From the NCBI GenBank assembly GCA_022394775.1, contig JAGFCB010000076.1, positions 407 to 64,406 on the forward strand: a DNA stretch of 64,000 bases, given 5' to 3'. The DNA comes from Candidatus Poribacteria bacterium. GTDB lineage: Bacteria; Poribacteria; WGA-4E; WGA-3G. Below are positions 16,939 to 26,874 of the stretch, one piece after another. Below the pieces are notes generated by a model that did not search any database, was not told the DNA's origin, and worked only from the letters and a program-made list of their open reading frames with translations. Both the position numbers and the translations under genes were made by a program. Positions within the stretch are counted from its first letter, which is position 1; the number at the start of each line of letters is the position of its first letter.

Positions 16939-18858
16939 CTAAGCGTTCCTGAAATCAATAACCGTTTGCCGATATTCCTCAGGGAGCCCGATGTCATAGC
17001 GTCGTCCTTTGACGACATATCCCGAAAAACCCTCTGCTTTCCGCAATTCGTCTAAACAGGAAGTGAGCTGGAATTCACCGCGCTCGCGTAGGTTATGCGA
17101 GATGTTCTGTTCGAGAAAATCGAAAATCTGGGGTTGAATGACATAGATGCCGAACACTGTCAAGAACTGGTCCACATCCATACCATCTATATGCAAATGT
17201 TCCATTGCGTACTCAGGATCCGGCTTTTCGTAGAACTCCGTCACCGATAGTAATGAGTCCGCTTCTTTCCATACACCGGTAACGCATCCGAAGTTTGATA
17301 GATGCTCAATCGGTGTCTCTTTAAGTCCCACAACGCTGTGTCCGACCTGTTCGTAAGCCTCCACGACTTGTCGTGCACAGCATCTTTCTTCATTTGAACC
17401 GTAGAGATGGTCGCCAAGCATTAGTAGAAAAGGTTCGTTTCCAACCCATTCCCGGGCGCAATAAACAGCATGCCCGAAACCTTCTTGAACATCCTGTGTG
17501 ACGAAGGTCACTTTGCTGCCTAACTGCAGTAGATAGTCGCAATATGTCTTGTTCTCTTTACTGAGTTTGTTATAGTGTTCAATTGGCGGTGGCGTTTTGA
17601 AAAATGACTCAAAGAGTTCCGTATCGCCTTGTTGGACGATGAGGCAAACTTCCTCAATCCCGGCGTTGACAGCCTCTTCAACGATTGCCATAATCGCCGG
17701 TTTCGCTTGTCCGGTACTGTCAATCACAGGGAAGAGTTCTTTCTTCATCGCTTTTGAGGCAGGAAACAACCGAGTTCCAAACCCTGCAGCGGGAATGATG
17801 GCTTTTCGGACGCGGCTGCCCGCTTCAATCACCAGTTTCAGGCACGACATCTCCAGATCCTGTTCGATAATCTCAATGACGCGTTGTTGACTTTCTTCAT
17901 CTTTCACAATGAATTGGGCGGACCCGTCGCCTTGCGAACCTACCCCTTTGCCACCCCAGATATAGGGCTGGATGGGTTCATAATTGAGGACTTTATGGAG
18001 GACAGGTGCCGTCAATTGCGATGGACAGGCAGGTATGAGGTGTTTATCGAACTCCGTCTGTGCGTGGGTCATCAGTTTACCGACGGATTCCGCGTCTCCG
18101 TCCCGTAGTGCTTGATATGCCTCTTGTGTAATTTGCGCGCTTAGGGGACCGAGATAATGCTGTACATTTTTCTCTAATTCGCTTTCAGCGAATGGATAGC
18201 AGTGGTTTAATTGGCTCAATATCAGGCGTGTATCTTTACCGGCACCAAGGTCGACAATTACGAGGTACATGTTTTTCGGTACACTGAGTTCCCGGACATC
18301 AACATTGTCGCCATCGAATGTCATGAGGATAGGACGTTGGTATGCACACCCTTGGTCCATCCGTCCGCATCGTGAAGGGGTTGTCGTTTCGCCGCGGTAG
18401 GCGTATTCCATTTCACCGCGTGTTGTCATCTTGAGATCATACGTGCGATTGAAGGCGCGTGCGACTAAAACACTGATGGCGGCACTTGAAGACAACCCTT
18501 TTTTGACAGGTAAATCAGTGAGATAATTATCGATTTCCAGTCCTTGGACCCGGTAGTTGGTTAAAATTTGATAGGCGACCCCGGCAGCATAACTAAAAAA
18601 TCCGCCCTTTTCGGCTTCAGCGAGAAGCGCGCTTCTTTCCATAGGTAGACTGTAAGGACCGTGGCGGGTGCCATCACTGAGGGTGGTGTTCAAAACCAGT
18701 TGGGTTGGATGGGGTTTAACCTCGGCGTATACCCCCTGATTTGTGCTGGTTATTAAAGTATAACCTTTTTCAATTTCTGAGTTGTTTTGCCGGTACCTTG
18801 CTGCCCAATCGGTATGTTCTCCGAACAGGCAAATTCTTCCCGGCACAAAAAGTTTCAT
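16939..18858 (-). CDS. Bifunctional GHMP-family sugar kinase (N-terminal) / UTP-sugar-1-phosphate nucleotidyltransferase-like (C-terminal)
   Basis: AGGAGA RBS then ATG at 18858. N-terminal half has FGEHTDW and GHMP motif PVKKGLSSSAA. C-terminal half starts KAIIPAAGFGTRLFPASKAMKKELFPV (GalU-type NTP-transferase signature). Confidence 0.8.
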   Translation of the reverse strand: MKLFVPGRICLFGEHTDWAARYRQNNSEIEKGYTLITSTNQGVYAEVKPHPTQLVLNTTLSDGTRHGPYSLPMERSALLAEAEKGGFFSYAAGVAYQILTNYRVQGLEIDNYLTDLPVKKGLSSSAAISVLVARAFNRTYDLKMTTRGEMEYAYRGETTTPSRCGRMDQGCAYQRPILMTFDGDNVDVRELSVPKNMYLVIVDLGAGKDTRLILSQLNHCYPFAESELEKNVQHYLGPLSAQITQEAYQALRDGDAESVGKLMTHAQTEFDKHLIPACPSQLTAPVLHKVLNYEPIQPYIWGGKGVGSQGDGSAQFIVKDEESQQRVIEIIEQDLEMSCLKLVIEAGSRVRKAIIPAAGFGTRLFPASKAMKKELFPVIDSTGQAKPAIMAIVEEAVNAGIEEVCLIVQQGDTELFESFFKTPPPIEHYNKLSKENKTYCDYLLQLGSKVTFVTQDVQEGFGHAVYCAREWVGNEPFLLMLGDHLYGSNEERCCARQVVEAYEQVGHSVVGLKETPIEHLSNFGCVTGVWKEADSLLSVTEFYEKPDPEYAMEHLHIDGMDVDQFLTVFGIYVIQPQIFDFLEQNISHNLRERGEFQLTSCLDELRKAEGFSGYVVKGRRYDIGLPEEYRQTVIDFRNA

Positions 18859-18922
18859 GGCATCTCCTAATGATCTCAATTGATCTAAAATCGTTTAAAG
18901 ATGAATCCAGCAGTTCAAACTA

Positions 18923-18996
18923 AGGACTTATAAAATTTTGTCCCCACGCCGCTAGCGAGGTTTAAAACCGCGCCAGCAAGGTGCTGTGTAAGTCTT
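18923..18996. repeat. Degenerate copy of the AGGACTTA...TAAGTC TIR element with an internal GC-rich palindrome
   Basis: AGGACTTATAAA... left end, GCGAGGTTTAAAACCGCGCC core, TGTGTAAGTCTT right end. A further half-site CTAAGGACTTATAGAATTTT at 19004-19023 duplicates 18920-18939. Confidence 0.55.
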
Positions 18997-19003
18997 GCGC
19001 AAT

Positions 19004-21439
19004 CTAAGGACTTATAGAATTTTGGCGATATAATTGTGCCCAATGACTCCGCTGTTTCCAGTCTTCCATTTTTAGTAGCGTTCCGCGAGGCAATACTTCA
19101 TCTGCTGCGATCTCGGCGAACACGCTTATCGCGGTCTTGTAATCTTTCTGATGATAGGCATTGATACCTATTGTCTTCCGTGTATCTAACAGAAGACTGT
19201 CGTATTGTTGTGGTGTCAGTTGTCCTGCTGATGGCGTTTTTGGAGAAATCTCATCCGATATCTGGGCTTTTTCTAAGAGTGCTACCGCGTTGTGCAGATA
19301 CTGATTACTGCTCTGCCATGCCCCTTCTTTATGAAGCAATTCACTGGCTAAGAGATATGCTAACCACATATCTGGTGCTCTTTGAATGCATGTTGACAAA
19401 TATGCCATTTTCTCTGCTGCATCTTTGGGTTCAACCAAGACAGTGCGGAGTAACTCTCGAAGCGATCGATCCTCTTGTATTGCTGCATTTGGTTGGAGCT
19501 GGCTTATACTCGAATAAGAGAGTGCTACGATCCGCTTGATACGTCTTTGTTCAATTGTATCATATTCTGTTTCGATAGAGGTGTATGCGTTCAATGCTTT
19601 TTCGTGTTCGTTTTTTAGCCAGTAAATATCGCCTTTCAGCAGCATTGCTTCAGGACTAAACCGGGTGTCTTCCGCGCTTGCAATTTGGTCCGCTAAAGAT
19701 AACGCCCTGTCATAATTCCGCATTCGATATGCACTATACATCAGTCCCCGCAGTGTGGTTAAATTCTCAGGTTCATCTGATAGCATTTTCTCAAAGTTCT
19801 CCACAGCGGTGACGAAATCCTTTTGAAAATATGCCTGCCACGCGGTATTCCGCAGCGCAGCCATTTCATGGGCACAGACGCGTTCAAAAACACTGCGTTG
19901 CTCTAAACGGTAGCTTGCATAGGCTATATCTTCATCTTGTAATGGTACAGTTTCTAAAAAATCAATCCACTCGGCTTCAAGCGAATACAAATCCTTGCTA
20001 TAGTGTCGGACAAAATCACCGAACGGGAAAGTTGCTTTAAATTTCTCTATGCCATAAGTATCAACGAGAAACCGAACAAAGGAGCCTGCCAGCAAATAAC
20101 TCTGGGAACCGGCGTGTCCCCAAAATTCGATCCCCATGACAGCTGACAACGGAGGTGCAATCTCCATTTGACGCATCGCCTTAGCCCATTGGTGCGCCGT
20201 GAGTCTGCCTTCACTCCAATCTGCGGCGACCGCAATCCCTTCATGAAGTCCAATCTTCAGACTTACTTTCAGAGGCGACCAAGGCACAGTAAACACATGT
20301 GCCAATTCGTGCTTCAAGACGGGATGCGGAAAACCTTGGGCGTGGATATGAAATCCATGTCCGAACGGATCTTCCACGGATGTATTGCCTGCGCCGATCA
20401 ACTGCTTCTTCTGTTCAGGTGATGCATAGATATAAGTGCGGACTTTTCGAGAGAGTTCATCACCGTTAGGTGCGAGATAAGCAACCAATTGTGTGTATTG
20501 GAACTCGCAGTCCTCAACGATCCGCTCGATATCCGTTTCGAGTTCGCGTGCGTAGAAAATCTCAAAATGCTCTGTTTCACGGAAGCCCCCAAGTTTTTCG
20601 GCAATATCGCCGCGAGTCGGGCGGATGCCTAACGCGCCTGCATAGAATTGGAAACCGAGTAAGCAGATTATTAACAGATACAACGCTAAACGATTAGTAG
20701 GTAGACTGAACAGTTTACGCCACTTCAGTTTCGGCATCAATGCTGTGTCCCTGCTGATTTCACAAATACTAACTGGAAGCCCTAAAAACAGGAGTGCCCA
20801 GAGTAGTGTTTCCGCGCGAGCGATCAGTAGCGTATCTGTTATCCGAATAACGAAATCGTAAATCGGTCCTGGAAAATATCCGAATGTCGCGTGATACGCA
20901 AATACCGGCGGATGAAATATCAGATTGATGACCACCGGCACAAAGGAAAGCAAAAGATATCCGAGATATGCCAAATATGCCAACCACCGTCTCTGAATCC
21001 AGAACCCAAAGAATGTTCCTGTTGCTGTCGCGTATACACAACTGATTACAGGTAGAAGAAAAAAGAAGAGAAATCCTTCACTAAAATTGCAATTTTTAAT
21101 GCGTAACGCATTCAGCAGGATGATAACGAGCGGTAGTATGAGCAGCCCCAAGTTAAAGAGTAGTGCACTCCAGAAACACCGGATCACAATCTGTCTCGGT
21201 GAACGGGAAAGGGTCTCAGGCTGTCGTTTCATCTGCCACACGACTGTGAGGGGCACATGCCCTCCAGCGAAAGAGATACTGAGTGCTAACACGGCACAAA
21301 ACTCAAAAGCAAGGATGTTAAACAGCGGCATATTGGCAAGCATCAGTGCCAATGCACCGAATAAGGTAAACCACAGCCAATATGAGAGTGTCCTATGTAT
21401 CGTAGGTTGGATGCCCATCTTCTGCAAATTCAAAGTCAT
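19004..21439 (-). CDS. Polytopic membrane protein with HExxH metalloprotease-like domain and C-terminal TPR repeats
   Basis: About 9 hydrophobic helices in the first 260 aa, HELAHVF zinc-binding-type motif, then TPR-like repeats; 811 aa. Confidence 0.65.
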   Translation of the reverse strand: MTLNLQKMGIQPTIHRTLSYWLWFTLFGALALMLANMPLFNILAFEFCAVLALSISFAGGHVPLTVVWQMKRQPETLSRSPRQIVIRCFWSALLFNLGLLILPLVIILLNALRIKNCNFSEGFLFFFLLPVISCVYATATGTFFGFWIQRRWLAYLAYLGYLLLSFVPVVINLIFHPPVFAYHATFGYFPGPIYDFVIRITDTLLIARAETLLWALLFLGLPVSICEISRDTALMPKLKWRKLFSLPTNRLALYLLIICLLGFQFYAGALGIRPTRGDIAEKLGGFRETEHFEIFYARELETDIERIVEDCEFQYTQLVAYLAPNGDELSRKVRTYIYASPEQKKQLIGAGNTSVEDPFGHGFHIHAQGFPHPVLKHELAHVFTVPWSPLKVSLKIGLHEGIAVAADWSEGRLTAHQWAKAMRQMEIAPPLSAVMGIEFWGHAGSQSYLLAGSFVRFLVDTYGIEKFKATFPFGDFVRHYSKDLYSLEAEWIDFLETVPLQDEDIAYASYRLEQRSVFERVCAHEMAALRNTAWQAYFQKDFVTAVENFEKMLSDEPENLTTLRGLMYSAYRMRNYDRALSLADQIASAEDTRFSPEAMLLKGDIYWLKNEHEKALNAYTSIETEYDTIEQRRIKRIVALSYSSISQLQPNAAIQEDRSLRELLRTVLVEPKDAAEKMAYLSTCIQRAPDMWLAYLLASELLHKEGAWQSSNQYLHNAVALLEKAQISDEISPKTPSAGQLTPQQYDSLLLDTRKTIGINAYHQKDYKTAISVFAEIAADEVLPRGTLLKMEDWKQRSHWAQLYRQNSISP

Positions 21440-21510
21440 GTTTATTGTTTATTTTATTTACATATCTCCTTTGTGTCAAGCAGAATTTCGTGGGTCATCT
21501 AAATAGAACA

Positions 21511-21539
21511 TTGACAAAACCCAATAAACCATGTATGAT
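21511..21539 (+). promoter_or_regulatory. Putative sigma70 promoter for the WD40 gene pair
   Basis: TTGACA (21511-21516), 17-nt spacer, TATGAT (21534-21539). Confidence 0.45.
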
Positions 21540-21720
21540 TAAGAGGGGTTGATTTTTGCTGATCATTAAAATTTTCGCGTCTTTTCTCCACCCTTATCAC
21601 GTAACTATCCCATTGAACTTATTTTTTTACCTTCACGACCTGTAACACTACACACGTGGACTTTGGCGCAAGCGACATTTAAGCCTCGCGCGTCTTGTGG
21701 AAATAAAAGGAGGCATCTCT

Positions 21721-23715
21721 ATGGAAAACAGGCAACCTTTGACTCCCGCGTTAAGACTGGTTGAAGATACAGATGTGACAACTTGGGAACTTCCCGATGG
21801 CGCGATTGCCCGATTGGGACAAGGACTCATATTTGGCATGGCGTTTTCGCCGGATAACGCGTTGCTTGCTGTTGGAACGTACGTCGGGGTATGGATGTAT
21901 GAAATTGACACGATGCAGCCCGTCACACTGTTTGAAACCGAACGCGGCCTGATTTCTAACGTTGTGCTTTCACCCGATGGAAAATGGGTTGCCACCAGTA
22001 ACGCGGACGGTATCATCAATGTGCGAGAAATAGAGACCCAGCAGCGTGTGGCGAAGATACAAGGCTGGCACGACGGAACTTCCCAACTTGCCTTTTCACC
22101 GGATAGCCAATACATCGCCGCATCTGGCCGCGAATACGGCGACGTTTACATCTGGAGTGCGAAAAACGGCTACCACGTCGCAAGTTTCAAAGAAGTGAGA
22201 ATCACACCGAAGGAAGATGAACGGCTCCCTGCCCGTTTGCCAATCTGCTTTTCACCGGATGGACAGCTGCTCGCTTATTCTACTGGCTCGTACCCCCTTA
22301 CGGTCCAAAACCTAAAAACGAAAGAACGTTTCGCTTGGCTGGTTCCAGAACGTCATCTGTGCGAATCAGGACATCTGTATGATCTTGTCTTTTCACCTTG
22401 TGGTCAGTTTCTTGCTGCGAGTCTTCAGGATCGAACGACACGTGAGAATATTGAGGTGCAAGTGTGGAATATTGATAAAGAGACTTTGGAGATGACTTAC
22501 ACAGACTACGGCGGAACTCGGACGATTCTTGCCTATTCCGCTGATGGCGCGTTACGGGTTGCTGATGTTTATGAAGACAAGGTAGTGATGTGGGATGCAT
22601 CCCGGGGTGAAAAACTTGATACCATTGAACATCAAGGAAAAGGTAGGACGGAACAATGTATCTCGACAGATGGACAACAGTTCGCAATTCTCACTGAACG
22701 CTATATCCGCGTGTGGCGTGCAGGCTCCCCTGCTACAACAGCACCGCTCACAGTGCCGCATCAGGTGCCCGAATCTCTGTTTTTTTATCAATCGAGCAAG
22801 AGGTTGGCTTGCAAATACTGGTTTGAAGATGTCGTTTTCTGGGATGTTGTTCAGAAACAGGTGATACCTTCTCCGATCAAGACAAAGAGCAGAGGCAAGA
22901 GGTGTGCATTGTCTCCTTGTGAAGAATTATTGGCTCTCAACGAAGAAGATGGACAAACGCTTGAAGTTTGGAACATCACGTCTGGTACCCGAATAGCAGA
23001 ACTCACTGAACACCAAAGTCTTATCACCACTGTGGTGTTTTCACCATTGGGGGAACACCTCATCAGCGGAGATGTAGATGGAAAACTTGTTGTGTGGCGT
23101 GTCCACTGTTGGGAAAAGCAGCATGCATTTATAGCGCATGCAAGGCCGTTTCGGACAGCAGCCTTTCACCCCAACGGAAAGCAATTCGCTACTACTGACG
23201 GGAGCAGTATATTTCTTTGGGACGTTACGAGTGGAGAACAGCTTGGTTCACCTTCTGTAGACTCCACCTTTGTTGCCCTATATAAAGGAGATATGAGACA
23301 AATCCAGAAACAAATGCGGTCACCTCACAAACCTTCAAAGTATCTCCATTCAATTACATTTTCACCTTGTGGCACTTTGTTGGCTGGTGGATTATACGGT
23401 GGGATTCATCTGTGGGATGCTGCAACTTTAGAGCCGCACATGGGGATGATTCTACCTGAGACATGCTCGCATATTGGTGTTGTTGTGTTTTCACCATGTG
23501 GTCGGTATCTTGCCTCTGGTTCTTGGTGGAACAAAACCGACAAAGTCTCTGTCCGTTTATGGGACGTAGCCACTGGGGAAAATATTCACACCTTCTGGGG
23601 GCATACCTCAGATGTTCAAAATCTCGCTTTTTCAAAGGATAGCGAACGCTTGGCAAGTAGCAGCTATGACGGTACCGTTCTCCTCTGGGATATGAAACCG
23701 TTCTTGAGTTCTTAA
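21721..23715 (+). CDS. WD40 repeat protein (about 14 blades), paralog 1
   Basis: AAGGAGG RBS 7 nt before the ATG at 21721. Repeated FSPDG/FSPCG...W(D/E) units throughout, no other domain. Confidence 0.85.
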   Translation: MENRQPLTPALRLVEDTDVTTWELPDGAIARLGQGLIFGMAFSPDNALLAVGTYVGVWMYEIDTMQPVTLFETERGLISNVVLSPDGKWVATSNADGIINVREIETQQRVAKIQGWHDGTSQLAFSPDSQYIAASGREYGDVYIWSAKNGYHVASFKEVRITPKEDERLPARLPICFSPDGQLLAYSTGSYPLTVQNLKTKERFAWLVPERHLCESGHLYDLVFSPCGQFLAASLQDRTTRENIEVQVWNIDKETLEMTYTDYGGTRTILAYSADGALRVADVYEDKVVMWDASRGEKLDTIEHQGKGRTEQCISTDGQQFAILTERYIRVWRAGSPATTAPLTVPHQVPESLFFYQSSKRLACKYWFEDVVFWDVVQKQVIPSPIKTKSRGKRCALSPCEELLALNEEDGQTLEVWNITSGTRIAELTEHQSLITTVVFSPLGEHLISGDVDGKLVVWRVHCWEKQHAFIAHARPFRTAAFHPNGKQFATTDGSSIFLWDVTSGEQLGSPSVDSTFVALYKGDMRQIQKQMRSPHKPSKYLHSITFSPCGTLLAGGLYGGIHLWDAATLEPHMGMILPETCSHIGVVVFSPCGRYLASGSWWNKTDKVSVRLWDVATGENIHTFWGHTSDVQNLAFSKDSERLASSSYDGTVLLWDMKPFLSS

Positions 23716-23749
23716 GATATTACTTGCCACAATAAAATTGGAGATATTG

Positions 23750-25747
23750 ATGGAAGATCAACGATCACAAATAATCGCACGAACTACCAAAACAAACGGT
23801 GATGTAACAACTTGGAAACTGCCCGAGGGTGCAATTGCTCGGTTAGGTAGGGGAATCATAGCGGATTTGGTGTTTTCGCCAGATGGTGAATCTCTCGCGA
23901 TCGCAACTACCGTTGGTGTTTGGATCTATGAACTTGCGACCATGAAGCCCATCACATTGTTGGAAACTGAAAGGGGATTGGTTTCTACCATTTCCTTTTC
24001 ACCGAATAGACAATGGATTGCTACCAGCAACTGGGACGGTATCATTAAGGTATGGGAGACAGAGACACAACGGTGCACCGCCAAAATACAAGGATGGCAC
24101 GGTGGTACCTCCCAACTCGCTTTTTCACCGGATAGTCAATATCTCGCTGCATCTGGCAAAGGTTATGGTGACGTTTATGTCTGGAACGCAGAGACCGGCA
24201 TGCACGTTGCAAGTTTCCCAGTCGTAGGTACTCCAAAAAAAGGCGAACGACTACCCACCAGTTTTCCAGTTTGCTTTTCACCCGATGGGCAGTGTATCGC
24301 TTATGTTTCGGGTCGATCCACGCTTGCTGTTCGACATATAGAAACGAAAGAACACATTGCGATCCTGAAACGCTCGCCCCGAAAACAGATACAAGGTCTT
24401 GCCTTTTCACCGTGTGGACGGTTCCTTGCTGTTGGGAGTCAAAATACATCTACCAATCGTCAGAACACCGAGTTGCAAGTATGGGATCTTGATAATGAAA
24501 CCGTTGAGATGATTGATTCGGACTACGATGGCGATAAGTTGATACCTGCCTATTCGTCTGATGGGACCTTGCGGGTTGCTGACTTGTATAAAGACAAAGC
24601 GATGCTGTGGGAGGCATCGCGGCGAGAGAAACTTAATACTTTTGAATACGGAAGAAGAGCCAAAAAGACTTTTAGGTTTTCATCTGATGGACAGCAATTC
24701 GCAATCGCCACAGAGTGTGAGGTGCGTGTGTGGGATACGGACATGCCCTCCACGGTAGTGTCTCATCTGGAGCATACGCGTATGGTTCGGACACTGTTTT
24801 TTATTCAGGGCGGCAAGACATTGGTGAGTGGATACGGAGGCGAAAGCGGTCTTGTGTTCTGGGATGTTGCCCAGAAGCGAGCACGGCAAATACTAAGTCC
24901 CTCTTACGGAAGGTGTGCTATATCCCCGTCTGAAGAGATATTGGCTACCGCCGTTGGAGAAAATGGGGAAACGATTGAAGTCTTGCAGGTTGTCTCAGGA
25001 AAACCGATTGCAACACTCACCAAACATCAGCGTTATGTAACTGCCCTTGCGTTCTCACCTACAGGCGAACATCTTGTTAGTGGGGACGAAGATGGAAACT
25101 TATTCGTGTGGTCTGTTGAGCCTTGGCGAGAGCTGCAAGAACTCATCGGTCATACCAATGGGATTACAACAGCGGTATTTCATCCGAATGGCTCACACGT
25201 TATCACGGCATCCCGCGATCACACAACCCGCGTCTGGGATTTTGAGAGCGGTGAACGGCTTGCTTCACTGCCTATGGAGGAGGCATCGGATATTTCGCTG
25301 TATAAAGGCGACCAGCGTCAAATCCGGCGCATATTTAATCGTCTGAGTCAGGGATACAGTCATAAGTCCACCCTCCATTCAATCACGTTTTCTCCATCTG
25401 GTGATATCATCGCCGGTGGGCTACACCGCGAGATACGTTTATGGGACGCTACGACTTACGAGACCCGCATGGCGATAATCCCACCGGATACTTGTCAGCG
25501 TCCGAATGTAGTGATATTTTCGCCCTGTGGTCGGTATTTCGTCTCCGGTTCTTGGTGGCAAGAAGGGCAAGAAAAGGTGTCCATCCGGTTGTGGGAAGTT
25601 TCAACAGGCGAGAACATTGCGACCTTCTGGAGTCATCCGACAGATATTCAATATCTCGCTTTTTCATCGGATGGTGCGCTCTTAGCAAGTGGTAGTTTTG
25701 ACGGCACTATCCTGCTCTGGGATATGAAACCGTTTATAGATGCTTGA
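23750..25747 (+). CDS. WD40 repeat protein (about 14 blades), paralog 2
   Basis: Collinear with paralog 1 (shared TTWELPDGAIARLG, IQGWHGGTSQLAFSPDSQY, LYKGD.RQI, LLWDMKPF); 34 nt after paralog 1. Confidence 0.85.
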   Translation: MEDQRSQIIARTTKTNGDVTTWKLPEGAIARLGRGIIADLVFSPDGESLAIATTVGVWIYELATMKPITLLETERGLVSTISFSPNRQWIATSNWDGIIKVWETETQRCTAKIQGWHGGTSQLAFSPDSQYLAASGKGYGDVYVWNAETGMHVASFPVVGTPKKGERLPTSFPVCFSPDGQCIAYVSGRSTLAVRHIETKEHIAILKRSPRKQIQGLAFSPCGRFLAVGSQNTSTNRQNTELQVWDLDNETVEMIDSDYDGDKLIPAYSSDGTLRVADLYKDKAMLWEASRREKLNTFEYGRRAKKTFRFSSDGQQFAIATECEVRVWDTDMPSTVVSHLEHTRMVRTLFFIQGGKTLVSGYGGESGLVFWDVAQKRARQILSPSYGRCAISPSEEILATAVGENGETIEVLQVVSGKPIATLTKHQRYVTALAFSPTGEHLVSGDEDGNLFVWSVEPWRELQELIGHTNGITTAVFHPNGSHVITASRDHTTRVWDFESGERLASLPMEEASDISLYKGDQRQIRRIFNRLSQGYSHKSTLHSITFSPSGDIIAGGLHREIRLWDATTYETRMAIIPPDTCQRPNVVIFSPCGRYFVSGSWWQEGQEKVSIRLWEVSTGENIATFWSHPTDIQYLAFSSDGALLASGSFDGTILLWDMKPFIDA

Positions 25748-25790
25748 AACTGCCTATCCTAATTTATCTGAAACGCTATGCAGAATTTTC

Positions 25791-25820
25791 TTGCAGTTTT
25801 AAAGAAGAATATGTTAAAAT
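25791..25820 (+). promoter_or_regulatory. Putative extended -10 promoter upstream of pspA
   Basis: TTGCAG (25791-25796), 18-nt spacer, TGtTAAAAT (25812-25820). Confidence 0.4.
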
Positions 25821-25935
25821 ACGATGTGATGAGTTTTGCAGTGCGGCGCAAAACCGCGCAAACAGACATCAGCACAACTCACGAAACACTACAGAAAGGT
25901 CACGCTTATATGGCGTGCCAACAGGAGGAGTTAAA

Positions 25936-26772
25936 ATGGCAAACGGATTCACACGATTGTTCAAGTCTATCTGGTATACGCTGACGGGTCGCGCACACGA
26001 GACCGCGGACAGAATGATGGAAAACCCTGAAGCCGTTAGAGGGGCTTATGAGGACATCATCAGCGATAAGAAAGGCAACATCCAACGTTATAAGCAAGCC
26101 ATCGGTCAGCTGATTGCACTTGTTGAACAGAAGAGATCTTCGGTAAAGAATCTTACCGATGAAGTCGAAAATTTGGAAGAATTGAAAGCTGGGGCAATTG
26201 CGAAAGCGCAGCAGACCGCTGCGGATTTACAAAAAGAAGGAATGGCACCAGAAGAAGTCAAACAGCACGCCGAATACACGCGATGTGTTACGGCTTATCA
26301 AGAATTCAATTCTAATCTACAAGAGAAAGAGACGCGCATTGATGAACTCGAGGGTGAGATCGAAAATGCCCAATCGGATATTGATTCCCATAAAATCCAG
26401 ATTACCAGCCTACATCGTGATTTAGATAAGATTAAGAGCGAGCAGTCTGAAGCGGTTGCTGATCTAATCACTGCGCGCGAGCAAGAAGAGATCGCTGATA
26501 TGCTTTCGGGTATCAGTATGGACGGAACCTCTGCTGAATTGTCTCGGATGCGAGAGATCCGTGAAAAAGCGAAAGGACGTTCAAAGGTCGCACAGGAATT
26601 GGCAGGTACGGATTCCAAAAGCGAAGAGGAAGAATTCCTCGCTGCAGCGCGTTCATCTAATGCCTCGGACGAGTTTGACGCTTTGATTTTTGGGGCACAA
26701 CAGACGGACACAAAAACGGAGACGGAACCCGCTAAGAAGACAGAGGATTCTGATTCTGAGCTGCCGCTCTAA
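25936..26772 (+). CDS. pspA: PspA/IM30 (Vipp1) family protein with long acidic C-terminal tail
   Basis: AGGAGGAG RBS then ATG at 25936. N-terminal MANGFTRLFKSIWYTLTGRAHETADRMMENPE...AYEDII and continuous coiled-coil heptads typical of PspA_IM30. The last ~60 aa are acidic and low complexity (EEEEFLAAARSSNASDEFDALIFG...DSDSELPL). The upstream 64 codons in the ORF track look non-coding. Confidence 0.82.
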   Translation: MANGFTRLFKSIWYTLTGRAHETADRMMENPEAVRGAYEDIISDKKGNIQRYKQAIGQLIALVEQKRSSVKNLTDEVENLEELKAGAIAKAQQTAADLQKEGMAPEEVKQHAEYTRCVTAYQEFNSNLQEKETRIDELEGEIENAQSDIDSHKIQITSLHRDLDKIKSEQSEAVADLITAREQEEIADMLSGISMDGTSAELSRMREIREKAKGRSKVAQELAGTDSKSEEEEFLAAARSSNASDEFDALIFGAQQTDTKTETEPAKKTEDSDSELPL

Positions 26773-26849
26773 GGTGCTATCAACAAAATAGGTCTGCTCT
26801 TTAGATTGGAAGGGGGCGAGAACTTATAGCCGTTAAAAGCCCAACTTAT

Positions 26850-26874
26850 GCATTCCGCACAGAAGCCGGAATGC
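26850..26874 (+). promoter_or_regulatory. Hairpin sequestering the AAA+ ATPase start codon
   Basis: GCATTCCG (26850-26857), 9-nt loop, CGGAATGC (26867-26874). The ATG at 26871-26873 lies in the 3' arm. Confidence 0.4.

Noticed and set aside
25744-25935. A 64-codon N-terminal extension of the pspA ORF, and likewise 63213-63335 for the HTH gene and 40923-41048 for the BNR gene.
   Set aside because: The extensions have non-protein-like composition, contain promoter-like or operator-like sequence, and lack an RBS. Internal ATGs with good SD sequences coincide with the start of the family-conserved N-termini.
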